Assembly: GCF_001194135.2 (NCBI RefSeq)
Contig: NC_068984.1
Location: 110,645,010-110,703,886 of the forward strand
Reading direction: 5' to 3'
DNA from: Octopus bimaculoides
Taxonomy: Eukaryota
DNA: 58,877 bases
Of the stretch, positions 38,091-50,474 are shown piece by piece (position 1 is the first letter of the stretch; every line of letters starts with the position of its first letter). The position numbers and the translations under genes were made by a program. The notes beneath the pieces are model-generated. The model was given only the letters and a program-made list of their open reading frames with translations. It was not told the DNA's origin and searched no databases.

Positions 38091-38445
38091 ATATAGTTAC
38101 TAGTGTGCTACCCTTCATATGACAGGTAACTTAGGTAGCATACTTTTACTACTCTGGGTAACATTGAGAAATATGGCACGCACATAATTGTTAGAATTTT
38201 AATGATTATTAAATTTGTCAATGATTATACAAAATGATGAAATAAGTGTTAGTTTTCAAAACAGTATTTATTACCGTAAAATACGATTAAATAAAACAAA
38301 TTTCTTATTTGTAAATTTGCAATAAATAAATAAATGCTACTATTTTTCAAAATTTTATCTACATAATTGCAGTCCACCCTCTCAAAAAGAATCTATCTTT
38401 GCAAAATTCAGACTCTACCTGTAATTTCTCTGTCATTTAAGCTCT

Positions 38446-38536
38446 CCTCGTCGTCGTCGTCATCGTCGTCGTCGTCATCGTCGTCGTCGTCATCGTCGTC
38501 GTTGTTGTCGTCGTCATCATCATCATCATCATCATC
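38446..38536. repeat. (TCG)n/(TCA)n trinucleotide repeat
   Basis: Direct inspection. Confidence 0.95.
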
Positions 38537-38538
38537 AG

Positions 38539-38797
38539 GAATACTGGTGGAACATTCCCATCAAAGCATCTGTCAAGACTAAACATAACAGCCCAAACAT
38601 TGTTGTTTGAGACAGACAAGAAAAAAGCATGTACCGTCATAGAGGTCAGCCACCCTGCCGAAGACAATACCTCTGTGAAAATCAAGGAGAACGAGGATAA
38701 CTATGAACAACTACTTTGTAACCTCCAGCTTCTATATCCAGATTATAAATTCACATTTATACCAATAATAATTTGTGCACTTAGTTTTTGTAAGTAA
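38539..38797 (+). mobile_element. REL-endonuclease non-LTR retrotransposon C-terminal fragment (NeSL/R2-group-like)
   Basis: EYWWNIPIKASVKTKHNSPNIVV*DR, frameshift, then CTVIEVSHPAEDN...KENEDNYEQLLCNLQLLYPDYKFTFIPIIICALS: degenerate RPD / IE / P / K..Y catalytic pattern. Confidence 0.82.
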
Positions 38798-39032
38798 ATT
38801 CTTAAGTGACATTGTGGATAAGCTAGGGTTTTCAGAAAGGAAAAAAAAAAAAATCAATCAACTTACACATTACAAATACAATTTGTAAGTGGAACAGTCA
38901 AATTGTGTAAGACTTTTCTCAAGTTTGAAATATGATATTGTTTTTGTTATCTCCATTCCAACGATAGAGCATTGTGTCTTTGTCACAAACCAGCTGCCAC
39001 CTTATAGGGAGACTTTCAATAAATGTACATGT

Positions 39033-39762
39033 AGGCGCTGGAGTGGCTCCGTGGCAAGTAGCTTGTTTACCAACCACATGGTCCTGGGTTCAGTCCCACT
39101 GCGTGGCACCTTGGACAAGTGTCTTCTACTATAGCCTCAGGCCGACCAAAGCCTTGTGAGTGGATTTGGTAGACAGAAACTGAAAAGAAGCCCGTCATGT
39201 ATGTGTATATATATGTATGTATGTGTGTGTGTCTGNNNNNNNNNNNNNNNNNNNNNNNNNNNNNNNNNNNNNNNNNNNNNNNNNNNNNNNNNNNNNNNNN
39301 NNNNNNNNNNNNNNNNNNNNNNNNNNNNNNNNNNNNNNNNNNNNNNNNNNNNNNNNNNNNNNNNNNNNNNNNNNNNNNNNNNNNNNNNNNNNNNNNNNNN
39401 NNNNNNNNNNNNNNNNNNNNNNNNNNNNNNNNNNNNNNNNNNNNNNNNNNNNNNNNNNNNNNNNNNNNNNNNNNNNNNNNNNNNNNNNNNNNNNNNNNNN
39501 NNNNNNNNNNNNNNNNNNNNNNNNNNNNNNNNNNNNNNNNNNNNNNNNNNNNNNNNNNNNNNNNNNNNNNNNNNNNNNNNNNNNNNNNNNNNTGGTGTGT
39601 TTACATCCCCTTTAACTTAGCGGTTTCGGCAAAAAGAGACCGATAGAATAAGTAACTAGGCTTACAAAGAATAAGCCCTGGGGGTCGATTTGCTCGAATA
39701 AAGGCGGTACTCCAGCATGGCTGCAGTCAAATGACTGAAACAAGTAAAACAGTAAACAGTAA
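39033..39762 (+). mobile_element. Near full-length tRNA-derived SINE family B (CORE-like CACCTTGGACAAGTG), gap inside microsatellite
   Basis: Head GGCGCTGGAGTGGCT..., B-box GGGTTCAGTCCC, 3' end AAACAAGTAAAACAGTAAA; more than 10 partial copies in the window (e.g. 4428, 7705, 9045, 10630, 11210, 13600, 19135, 43845, 49665, 54606). Confidence 0.9.
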
Positions 39763-40340
39763 ATAGTATATCTCTCTTTAACTCCCAAGTTCAGTCATTT
39801 TTACCTAGAATTTCCTTCTATCCGTTCCAATTCCCATATTTCTCTTTTCATCCTCCCTCACTCAAACTGTCTGTTTCCATTCTTTATCGAACTCTTTTTA
39901 CCATTCAAATCTCTCTCTCTCTCTCACCTTCCATTTTCACATTCCATGTTTTTATTTTCTTTTATGTCTTCTTATCTATTAATTATCACATTTCTTGCGT
40001 TGTAAATATTCTTTCTTTTTTCGCCAAAATTTCTTCAATGTTCCTCTGTCTTTAATTCTCCATAAATAATTACTCTCCTTGTCAAACAATCATACCCCCC
40101 ACTCTCTCTCATTCTCTCTCTTTCCTCCAATTTCTCTTTCTCAATATCATTCTCTTTCTCTCGCTATCATTCTCTTTCTCCCTCAATTTCTCTCTTTCTC
40201 AATTTCTTTCTCCTTATCCCTCTCTCCCATTCTCTCTCTCTCACATTTTCTCTCTCTCTCTCACAATCTCTTCCTTTCACAATCTCTCTCTATGCCTATC
40301 TCTCTCTATCCCAATTTCTCTCACCCAATCTCTCTCTTAA

Positions 40341-40440
40341 CATCTCTTTCTCTCCCGGTGTCTCTCTTTCTCTCCCGGTGTCTCTCTTTCTCTCCCGGTG
40401 TCTCTCTTTCTCTCCCGGTGTCTCTCTTTCTCTCCCGGTG
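40341..40440. repeat. 20-bp minisatellite TCTCTCTTTCTCTCCCGGTG x5 inside a CT-rich tract (about 40085-40940)
   Basis: Units 2-5 identical; unit 1 differs only in its first bases. Confidence 0.97.
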
Positions 40441-40580
40441 TCTCTCTCTCTTTCAATTTTTATCCTTTTCACAATTCTTCCCCTANNNNNNNNNNNNNNN
40501 NNNNNNNNNNNNNNNNNNNNNNNNNNNNNNNNNNNNNNNNNNNNNNNNNNNNNNNNNNNNNNNNNNNNNNNNNNNNNNNN

Positions 40581-40636
<56 letters not shown>

Positions 40637-41349
40637 AATTTTTATCTTTTACACAATTCCCCCTCTCTCTCTCAATTTTTATCTTATTCACAATCCCCCC
40701 CTCTTTCTCTCTCAATTTTTATCTTTTTCACAATTCCTCTCCCCCTCCTCTCTCTCTGGCAATCTCTAATAATTCTCCTAATTTTCTATCAAGCTCTCAA
40801 AATCTCAGCTCTCTTCCTCTCACTCCCTTTCCAAACAGGACCTTCTTTAGCTCTTTCCAACATTACTCTCCCTCTACCTTCCCCTACCCCCTCTCTCTCA
40901 CCCTATCTTCTTTGTCCCCTTTTCTCTTTCTCTCTCTAAATTCGCCTTCATATCCTCCCAGCTCCTTACCTCCAAAACACACACACACACAGACACACAA
41001 ACGCTTAGCTATCCATCTCTTGTTCTCCTCTGTAAAAACCAACCAAGTTATCCCTCTATCATTTTATAATCCCAGCTTGCTGTTCACTCATTTTTTTTCC
41101 CTTCCCATCACCCGGATGCTTACATTGCATTCTTTGTCCCTCTCCCCACGCCCGCTGCACCATAATGCTCTCTCTCTCTCTCTCCCCCCCATTCCCAGTC
41201 ACACATTAATTAGCCAGCATTGATACATCAATGCAATTTACAAACCAAATAAGTAAAGTTAGATGCATCTTTTTTTAGAGGTAATATTACATGGGAAGTT
41301 TCCTTCTTTAGCTTAAGCTTTTTTCTTTTTTTTAATTCTTTTTTTTGTT

Positions 41350-41857
41350 TTAATATCCTTTTTGCCTACGGCACCACCGCCACCACCACCGCCACTACTA
41401 CCACCACCACCACCACCACTGCTACCATCATCCATCACCACCACCACACCACCATCGCCGCCGCCGCCGCTGCCACGACGACCACCACCACCGCTGTTGC
41501 CACCATCACCACCACTACCGCCACTACCACCACCACCTCCATCATCATCATAGCCACCACCGCCTTCACTATAGACTTCATCATCATGAGAACCACCACC
41601 TCTACCACAGACCTCACTACTACCACCGTCGTCGGCAGCACCACCACCACCACCACCATCACCACGACAACAACAACAGCAACAACAACCGCCATAACCA
41701 TCACCATCACTATCATCACAGCCACTACCATCGCCACCAGTACCACAACGTTTGCCATTACCACCACCACCATTACCATCACCACCACTATTACCTTCAC
41801 TACCACCACTTTTATATCTTATACACCTCTCTGCAATTACTACTACTACTATTGCTG

Positions 41858-41900
<43 letters not shown>
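41350..41900. repeat. Compound (CAC/CCG/CAT/CTA)n trinucleotide tract
   Basis: Direct inspection; source of the Gly/Val/Thr/Pro low-complexity ORFs. Confidence 0.95.
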
Positions 41901-41902
<2 letters not shown>

Positions 41903-42289
41903 AACAACTAAAATCATAGACATACGTATCAATTCCCCTCACTACTATTACAACCAGTGTCACATGTACCATTACTCTACCTCCCCACATACCACCACCA
42001 CCTCCACTACTACTACTATAAGCCAACAAAGGATCCGTTTCATGGTTGTTCAGTCTCCTAGAAATAGCAGCCAAATTTTCTTCGAATCACACCTTGTCAT
42101 TTTTGGCAGGGATTCTTTTTAAAAATTATTTTGGATACTGTAATTAGAAATATATTCTTAGTCCACCTTCAGATTGATCCTCTTTGAAATTCGCACAGTT
42201 CCAAGGCTTCTTTTGTATGTGACATGATTAAGCAGTCACATATAGAACCTGAAACAAAAAAATGTCAATTAATAAAAAATATAAACGTT

Positions 42290-42556
42290 TTTATTTCTTT
42301 ATTGCTCACAAGAGGCTAAACATAGAGGGAACAAACAAGGACAGACAAAGGGATTAAGTCGATTACATCGACCCCCCCCCCCNNNNNNNNNNNNNNNNNN
42401 NNNNNNNNAGTGCGTAACTGGTACTTAATTTATCGACCCCGAAAGGATGAAAGGCAAAGTCAACCCCAGCGGAATTTGAACTCAGAACGTAAAGACAGAC
42501 GAAATACCGCTAAGCATTTTGCCTGGCATGCTAACGTTTCTGCCAGCTCGCCGCCT
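42290..42556 (-). mobile_element. SINE family A copy with short gap
   Basis: Matches 37087-37302. Confidence 0.88.
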
Positions 42557-42880
42557 TCACCACCACTTCAAGTTTATTTTAACTTAAAAATATAAACCTT
42601 TTTAAGTTAAACTAAACTTAAAATGATGTTTTATGGGATGTCTGTGTATATCTGTGTTTGTCCTCTACCACCACTTGGTAATTAGTGTTGGTGTGTTTAC
42701 ATCCCCAAACTTAGCAATTCAGCAAAAGAGACCAATACAATATGTACCAGGCTTTAAAAAAATAAGTACTGAGATTGATTCAGTTGACTAAAATTCATCT
42801 GGGCAGTGTGTTCTAGCATGGTCACAGTCCAGTGGCTGAAACAAATAAAACCTTTCAGATAAAAGATAGTGGTCCCAAAT

Positions 42881-43320
42881 TCTACCGGATAGGTGATCTT
42901 GTGGTAATTAACTGTGCCCTGAGAGGAACACACGAAAGAAGTTCACGAGAGGAAGCTTGACACATAGAAGGAGATGGCAAAGCAGATCTAAAATTGGGGC
43001 TGGCAGGCATGTTGTGAGGCAATAGAAGTGGGCTGTTGCGACTCTGTGGGTCGTTCATTCTTGAAAATTCTTGAAAGCTGTGACTGGATTTGGTGTTACT
43101 GGTGTAGCAAAGGGGAAAGGCTATAATTTACATAACTGAAGCCCCACAGAAGGCCACTAAGTGGATTTTGATAAAAGGGACTGACAAGTGGTTTACTGCT
43201 TTTGAGATGCCAACTGGAACTTGATCAATCCCGGCTGGGGTCAAATGGGTGAGGTGAGGGTCTGATGTTGAGAGATCCAAAACCCTCTGAGACCCCAGAA
43301 ACTTCACTGATGATGTATAC
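42881..43320 (+). mobile_element. Hero-like (R2-group) non-LTR retrotransposon 3' end: REL domain plus 3' UTR
   Basis: LPD..VILW*LTVP*EEHTKEVHERK...GWQACCEAIEVGC, frameshift, GVTGVAK...ITEAPQKATKWILIKG; then CTGATGTTGAGAGATCCAAAAC...GACCCCAG..AC.TCACTGATGATGT, resembling the Hero 3' UTR as I recall it. Confidence 0.8.
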
Positions 43321-44057
43321 CAGATCATCCATAAGATGTGGCTTAACCCTTTAGCATTCATATTAGTCTGTCAAATGTGATCTTATTTATTTACCTTGTT
43401 TTGAATTAACCATTGTTAAGTTGTTACCTCAAGATTTTGATGATGTAATTACTTATCTTTAGAATGTTTTAGTAGAATAGGTGTGAGAGGCTGGATTTGG
43501 CCAGTTTGAACATAAAGCAAGTAGGATGTTCCAGTCATGTATGGCTGGTTTAAAAGCTAAAGGTTTAAAAAATATAGTACCACATCATGTGTGCATCATC
43601 ATCATCGTTTAATGTCCAATTTCCATACTAGCATGGGTTGGACGATTTGACTGAGGACTGGTGAACCAGATGGCTACACCAGGCTCCAATCTGATTTGGC
43701 AGAGTTTCTACAGCTGGATGNNNNNNNNNNTTGGCAGAGTTTCTACAGCTGGATGCCCTTCCTAAGGCCAACCACTCCAAGAGTGTAGTGGGTGCTTTTA
43801 CATGCCACCAGCATGAAGGCCAGTCAGGCATGTATATGAATATTCTTTTACTTGTTTCAGCCATTTGACTGCTGCCATGCTGGTGCACTGCCTTTAGTTG
43901 AACAAATCGACCCCAGGACTTATTCTTTGTAAGCCTACTACCTATTCTATCTGTCTCTTTTTGCTGAACTGCTAAGTTATGGGACGTAAACACATCAGTA
44001 TCGGTTGTCAAGCGATGTTGGGGGGGACAAACACATACATACAGACATATACACACC

Positions 44058-44110
<53 letters not shown>

Positions 44111-44312
44111 AGAATGCAGCACACAATTTTGTCAGTGAACAGGTCGCGGTCTCAAAGCGACGAAAATATTTTGACAAATTAAATTTAAATGTTGAAGTGA
44201 ATCTAACGGATTTTGTGTGTTATTTTAAATGGCTTATAAACACCTTCCATGCTGCAATTGTTTTCGTTCCAACACACGATCTCAGATCAGGTCACTTGCT
44301 ATGCAAGTACGT

Positions 44313-44360
<48 letters not shown>

Positions 44361-44548
44361 CGAGTGATAATGATCTCATCTTTGTGGATGTATGTATGTA
44401 TGATGCATATAGGTATGATGTATGTATGTACATACTGAAACTTTTAAAAGTCAAGAGGCTTACAAAAATATCTATCTAGCTAGCTATATATATGTACATA
44501 TCTATATACATGTATGGATTTATATATGAATGTATTTTTATCCATATG

Positions 44549-44599
<51 letters not shown>

Positions 44600-45370
44600 G
44601 TATATAAGGACTGACAGATTGTTTTACTCATTTCCTTTACTCAGGGTTTAGGTTGAATTAACATAATTCACAAAACCCTAAGGAAAGGGAGAGTGCAAAA
44701 CACCTACACATTTCATATTTTCCAATGCAATCAAGCATAAGTGAGTAGCCATAATCCAAAATTTATAAAACGTCTTCCTTATTTGGGAATTACAATTAAG
44801 TTAAGTGCTACCCAGGGTAAAGCAATCATAAATAGATTAACTAAAGCAGTGTTTCTCAACCATTTTTTTTTTTTGCCTATGGACTCTTTTGATTCCTCTT
44901 TTACTTCGATGGACCCTTCTTGCCATTCGATGTTCAAAAAAAATTACTTTATCATCAACATCATCATCATTGTTATTTAACGTCCGCTTTTCATGCTAGC
45001 ATGAGTTGGACGATTTGACTGGGGACTGGTGAACCAGATGGCTACACCAGACTCCAATCTGATCTGGCATAGTTTCTACAGCTGGATGCCCTTCCTAATG
45101 CCAACCACTATATTTCTACAGTTAAATGTTATTATGAATTGTTTCAGTCATTAGACTGCGGCCATGCTGGGGCGCCACCTTGAAGAATTTCTCGTTGAAT
45201 GAACTGATCTCAGTACTTATTTTTTTGTTATGTCTAGTACTTAGTTTATTGGTTTCTTTTGCGAAACTGCAAAGTTATGGGGATATGAATACAACAGTTC
45301 TCAAGTAGTGGTAGGGGACAAACATACACACGAAGACACATACACGCACATACATACATACATACATATT

Positions 45371-45405
<35 letters not shown>

Positions 45406-45743
45406 TCATCCACATCATCATCATTTTACATCTGTTGTCCATGCTGGCATCGGTTGGACGGTTTGACTGAGCTAGCATTCTGGAAGACTGCACCAGGCTC
45501 CAGTCAGATTTAGCATGGTTTACTATGGCTGGATGCCCTTCCTAATACCAACCACTCCCAGAGTGTAATGAGTACTTTTACATGCCACCAAAATGATTGC
45601 CATTTGCATGACACCAGGGTGTGTTTATGTGCCACTGGCATGGGTGCCAGTTTGCGTGACACTGGTATCTGCCACAACTGTGATTTTGCTCAACTTGATG
45701 GGTTTTCTTCTCAAGCACAACATAATGCTAAAGGTCTTGGTCA

Positions 45744-45853
45744 TTGCCTCCCTGAGGCCTAACACTCGAAAGGAACTCATCCACTTTGCCTCCACCAGGT
45801 CCAACACTCAGGAGGAACTCAGCCACTTTGCCTCTGTGAGGCCCAACGTTCAA
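45744..45853. repeat. 42-bp tandem unit x2.6 within a family C-linked repeat
   Basis: TTGCCTC...GGCC.AACACTC.AA.GGAACTCA.CCACT units start at 45744, 45786 and 45828. Confidence 0.85.
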
Positions 45854-45968
45854 AAAATGTTCTTTACGTGTTACCAGTATGGACGCACTTCTCTTGACAG
45901 GTCCTCTCCAGCACAGCACATCACCAAAGGTCTTGGTTACCAGTCATTGCCACTGTAAGACTCAAAGT

Positions 45969-46056
45969 TCAAAGATCATGCTTCACTACCTTGTTCCATG
46001 CCTTCCTGGGTTTACCTCCATCACAAGTTCCCTCCAGAGTTAGAGATCGGCATTTC
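45969..46056 (-). mobile_element. RTE LINE ORF extreme C-terminus
   Basis: CIKKCRSLTLEGTCDGGKPRKAWNKVVKHDL matches VEG.R.RGRPRKTW.EVVK.DL. Confidence 0.75.
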
Positions 46057-46096
46057 TTTATACAGCTATATATGTATGTATGCATGCATGTATGTA

Positions 46097-46166
<70 letters not shown>

Positions 46167-46246
46167 NNNNNNNNNNNNNNNNNNNNNNNNNNNNNNNNNN
46201 NNNNNNNNNNNNNNNNNNNNNNNNNNNNNNNNNNNNNNNNNNNNNN

Positions 46247-46304
<58 letters not shown>

Positions 46305-46605
46305 GTATATAAACTTGTTAAAATATTTTGTGTGTTTTAGAAGTATAACCAATTCATTGCAGATAAATTTTAACAAAATCTTATAAGGACCTCCGAGGGT
46401 CGTATGGACCCCCCTTGAGGAGCACTGATCTAAAGTGACCACTATGTTTGGTTAACTACAGTACCATGATTAAGGACAGAGAAGTCTCATTCTAAAGACA
46501 GAAGCTGACGTGTGTTGAACTGTAGTTTTTTTGTCTAATTCTATGGATGATACCTAGAGCCCTTTGTACTGAAAGCAGTGCAAAAGTGAGCATAACCATT
46601 TTTGT

Positions 46606-47080
46606 GAAATCGAAATCGAGTTAAATTCGATGACTGGCACCCATGCCAACGTCGTCTCCTTCATTGGACGCGAAACTCAGCTTGCGAAGACTTGTTGGGG
46701 AAAGAGAAATTGTGATGGCACCTGTGCCCAGCGTCGCCTTTCTGGCACTTGTGCCCGGGACATGTGTAAGGACTTTTCGAGCGAGCTCGTTGCCAGTGCC
46801 CCTGGACTGGCTCTTGTGCGGATGGCACATAAACTACACCATTTTGAGCCTGGCCGTTGTCAGTACCACCTGACTGGCCTTCGTGCTGGTGGCACGTAAA
46901 AGCACCCACTACACTCTCTGAGTGGTTGGCATTAGAAAGAGCATCCAGCTGTAGAAACTCTGCCAAATCAGATTGGAGCCTGGTGTAGCCATCTGGTTTC
47001 ACCAGTCCTCAGTCTAATCGTCCAACCCATGCTAACATGGAAAGCAGACGTTAAATGACGATGATGATGATGATGATGAC
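46606..47080 (+). mobile_element. Longest family C element copy, with extended CpG-rich 5' part
   Basis: The 3' half matches 35353-35595; the 5' half is unique in this window; ends in (GAT)n. Confidence 0.8.
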
Positions 47081-47584
47081 ACAGGACATTCAAATTGCAC
47101 ATGTTGCCATGTTGCTAGAGTAACTCTCCTTTTATGGAAGTATTTTCTCAAACCGGACCTGTTTGATTGCTGTTTTACTCTAGGGGACATCCAATGCCAT
47201 TTGTTGTTTAAAAACTAAGTTTATACAAACATCTTTCAAAATTCCTATTTTGTTTTACATGCATTCATTTACATAGATTTATTACATCACTCGTTTAGAG
47301 AACATACTTCAGTGACTGGAAACATGTTAAACTATGTTAAACTTTAGAGAAAGAAACCTTGCTGTTTCTTGCAATAAACACACCTAAAGCAAAACTTTTT
47401 CTTGGGCCCCTAAAATAGTAACATGGATACCCAATCTACTATTTTGCTTGTGTGGACCCCACAAAATCTTATATGGATCTGTTAGAGATCATATGGACCT
47501 CAATTGAGAACCAGCACTCTATAGTAACACTTCTTTCTTTTCTTTGCGTGATGTGAAAATAATTTTCAAGAAGTGGGTACAACA

Positions 47585-47790
47585 ATGCACAGCTGAAGTG
47601 TTTTAAAGGCGGAATCACAAATCAGATTCAATAACGATGCACATATATGTCATTTGTAATTGTGACTACATTGAGTAGTTGAATAACTTTGTACAGGAAG
47701 AGAGTTATTCTACAAGCATGTGCAATTTCAGTGACCTGTATCAAGTATGTCAACTTTGGCATGACTTTCTGTGCAACCCTCATAGTTACA
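47585..47790 (-). mobile_element. Mariner-like terminal fragment
   Basis: Minus strand starts TATGAGGGTTGCACAGAAAGTCATGCC, similar to TACGAGGG-type mariner TIRs. Confidence 0.4.
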
Positions 47791-48160
47791 TGCATATATA
47801 TGTATATATATATATATATATNNNNNNNNNNNNNNNNNNNNNNNNNNNNNNNNNNNNNNNNNNNNNNNNNNNNNGCCAATAAAAAAAAAAAAGAATAGAA
47901 AAGAAAGAATAGAAAAATGAATAATAAGTAGGTATAAACACATGAACAAATAAATAAAAAATTAAACGAACATGTATAAACAGGGGATACAGATAATACA
48001 GGCACTCCCTATACACACACATGCACTTACTAAACATAGATACACATAGAGGGATATGCATGCGCAAATAAAGACACATACAATAGGAATACAAAATACA
48101 AAATGGCTGATCGTTAGTAAGGAGGGACACACAAATAAGAAAGGAGAAAGCAAAGGACCA

Positions 48161-48203
48161 CTGATGAGGTCACAGAAGTATGATGAAAGAACTCTGGCCG
48201 AAA
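48161..48203 (+). ncRNA. Hammerhead core with both conserved boxes intact
   Basis: CTGATGA-GGTCA-(22 nt)-TGGCC-GAAA; stem III TACG/TGTA present, but 16.1 and stem I are degenerate. Confidence 0.6.
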
Positions 48204-48841
48204 TACGATTAATGTAATATAAAGCTGAAGCAAATGAACACCTAATATATAGTGCATGTGTTTTTATAGGCTAAACTGGCAACATGACCATCCCTAAATA
48301 CAACAATATATAATACATGTATATATATGTATATACATGTATATATTCAAAATTAGGGTATGGAGTAGATAAAAATCCAAGCTACATGTGTTTCATAGCC
48401 AGCAGAACCTTAGAAGTAGTAACAGCCCAAATGAAGGGTTACTTGTTAGCTACACATCAAGCTAAAGTTATCTTAATCAAATAAAGTTTACATTGTTGTC
48501 ACGAGATTTCATGTTGACTCCCAGGAGACTCAATTTATTACCTCTCGTTTGGGCTATTACTACATCCAAGGTTTTACTAGCTATGAAACATATGTAGCCT
48601 GGATTTTATCTACTCCACTCACTAATTTTGGACTTTTTATTCGCATACACAGCAACCCCAACTGTTAACTGTAAGCTATAAAATAATTTTTTTTTCAGCT
48701 TATCAAACTTCGATATGGGCAAAATTTACAACTTTCTACATCAATAAACCATTATAGTTCCTGAAAGTTGTTTTTTATACTTTCTATGGACTGTTGGAGG
48801 CTTACTAACTTCCTACACCTTGATCCTTGGATCTTACCTGT

Positions 48842-48920
<79 letters not shown>

Positions 48921-50084
48921 TATATATATAAATATACATATATAAATCGATAGATAGATAGAAAGATAAATACAAATATAACTGTTTATCTGTCTATCTC
49001 TCTCTCTTTATATATGTATATATATATATATGTATATAAGCATACATACATACATATATATATATATATATGTGTGTGTGTGTATATGTATGTATGTATG
49101 TATGTTTATATGTATATATTAGGCTTAAGAAATAAGTCTTGAAGTTGATTTGTTCAACTAAAACCCATCAAGGTGGTGCTCCAGTATAGGCACAGTTGAA
49201 TGAATCAAGTAAAGGAATAAAAGAATAAAGAATATATATATCTGTGTGTGTGTATGTATATAAACATCTGTATTTATCTATATCAATATCTTTAGCTATG
49301 TATCTCTCTATACGTATACATGTCTGTGTATGCATGGTTGTTGTTGTGTGTAGAGGGGGGGGGGGGTTATGTCAATATTTCATTTCATCTCCTTTATTCG
49401 TTCTTTCATACTTTTATGCATTTTTTACCTAAATTAGTAGCAAGAAAGGTCAAAGTTTAGATATATTATATCTATCGGTAGACATGGGTGTAATGAAGCA
49501 AATGTGTTTAAGTATGTGATTGAGTGTGTATGTGTGTGGTTGCTCTCTCTTTTTCGGTCTCTCTCTCTATATATAAATATATATGTGTATAAATGTATAT
49601 GAGTGTGCGTGTGTCTATACGTATATATTTTTTGTTATTCTGGTATATATATATACACATATATTTACTCTTTACTCTTTTACTTGTTTCAGTCATTTGA
49701 CTGTGGCCATGCTGGAGCACCGCCTTATTGTTTGGAAGCATAGTACTTATTCTATCGGTCTCTTTTGCTGAACTGCTAAGTTACGGGGACGTAAATGCAC
49801 CACCATCGGTTGTCAAGCAATGCTGGGGGGACAAACACAGACACACAAACATATACACACACATACATATATATACATATAAATATATATATATGTATGT
49901 ATATGTATATATATTTGTATATAAGTGTGTGTACATTGTTGATAGGCAGATGACTATCTGTATATGCAAGCATCTACGTACAGTGTGTGTTTGTGTGTGT
50001 GTGCGTCTCTGTATGCATTTGTACAAGTTGGTCTTTACATGCAACACATTTTAAAATAAAAATAATATGTCATCAACATTTATA

Positions 50085-50296
50085 CAGGGTGCAACAGAAA
50101 TACCTCCCACATTTTAAGCTTTTACCTATGCGTTGCTAATGATCTTATGCAAGTGCCAATGATGTTTTCATTTAGCTAATGAAACAAAAACTGTAACCCT
50201 TTGTTCAAACAACAGTAAAATTAATTTTTCATAAATGTTGTTTCTTTTTCCTTTTGTCAACCTTTCAAATGTGGGAGGTGTTTCTGCCGCACCTTG
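50085..50296. mobile_element. Tc1/mariner-type MITE (212 bp), TA target duplication
   Basis: TA-CAGGGTGCAACAGAAATACCTCCCACATTT ... AAATGTGGGAGGTGTTTCTGCCGCACCTTG-TA; TIRs of about 30 bp. Confidence 0.9.
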
Positions 50297-50474
50297 TATC
50301 TCATAACTTAGTGGTACATTATATACACAGAAATGCAGGCAGTAAATAGACATTTTTAATTTTCAGAATTTCTTATCTAAGCATCTTAATATGTTTCAGC
50401 TGTGTAGAATTTACAATGTAATTATTCTTTTTCATACCAGGTGCCATTATATTAAACATTTGCAAAGTGTAACC

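Larger units (their letters stand above)
44847..46427. mobile_element. hAT-type MITE split by nested SINE/RTE insertions
   Basis: Ends CAGTGTTTCTCAACC and CCTTGAGGAGCACTG; flanking 8-mers AACTAAAG (44839-44846) and ATCTAAAG (46428-46435), 7/8 identical. Confidence 0.72.

Noticed and set aside
41313-42074. 253-aa Gly/Val-rich minus-strand ORF
   Set aside because: It is a translation of a compound trinucleotide tract; its N-terminus comes from a repeat fragment and there is no domain or splice support.
43696-43755. TTGGCAGAGTTTCTACAGCTGGATG repeated on both sides of a 10-N gap
   Set aside because: Likely unmerged contig overlap (assembly artefact).
45744-45853. 42-bp repeat array considered as a CRISPR-like array or HHR multimer
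   Set aside because: The units are contiguous with no unique spacers, the context is eukaryotic with no cas genes, and there is no CUGANGA box.
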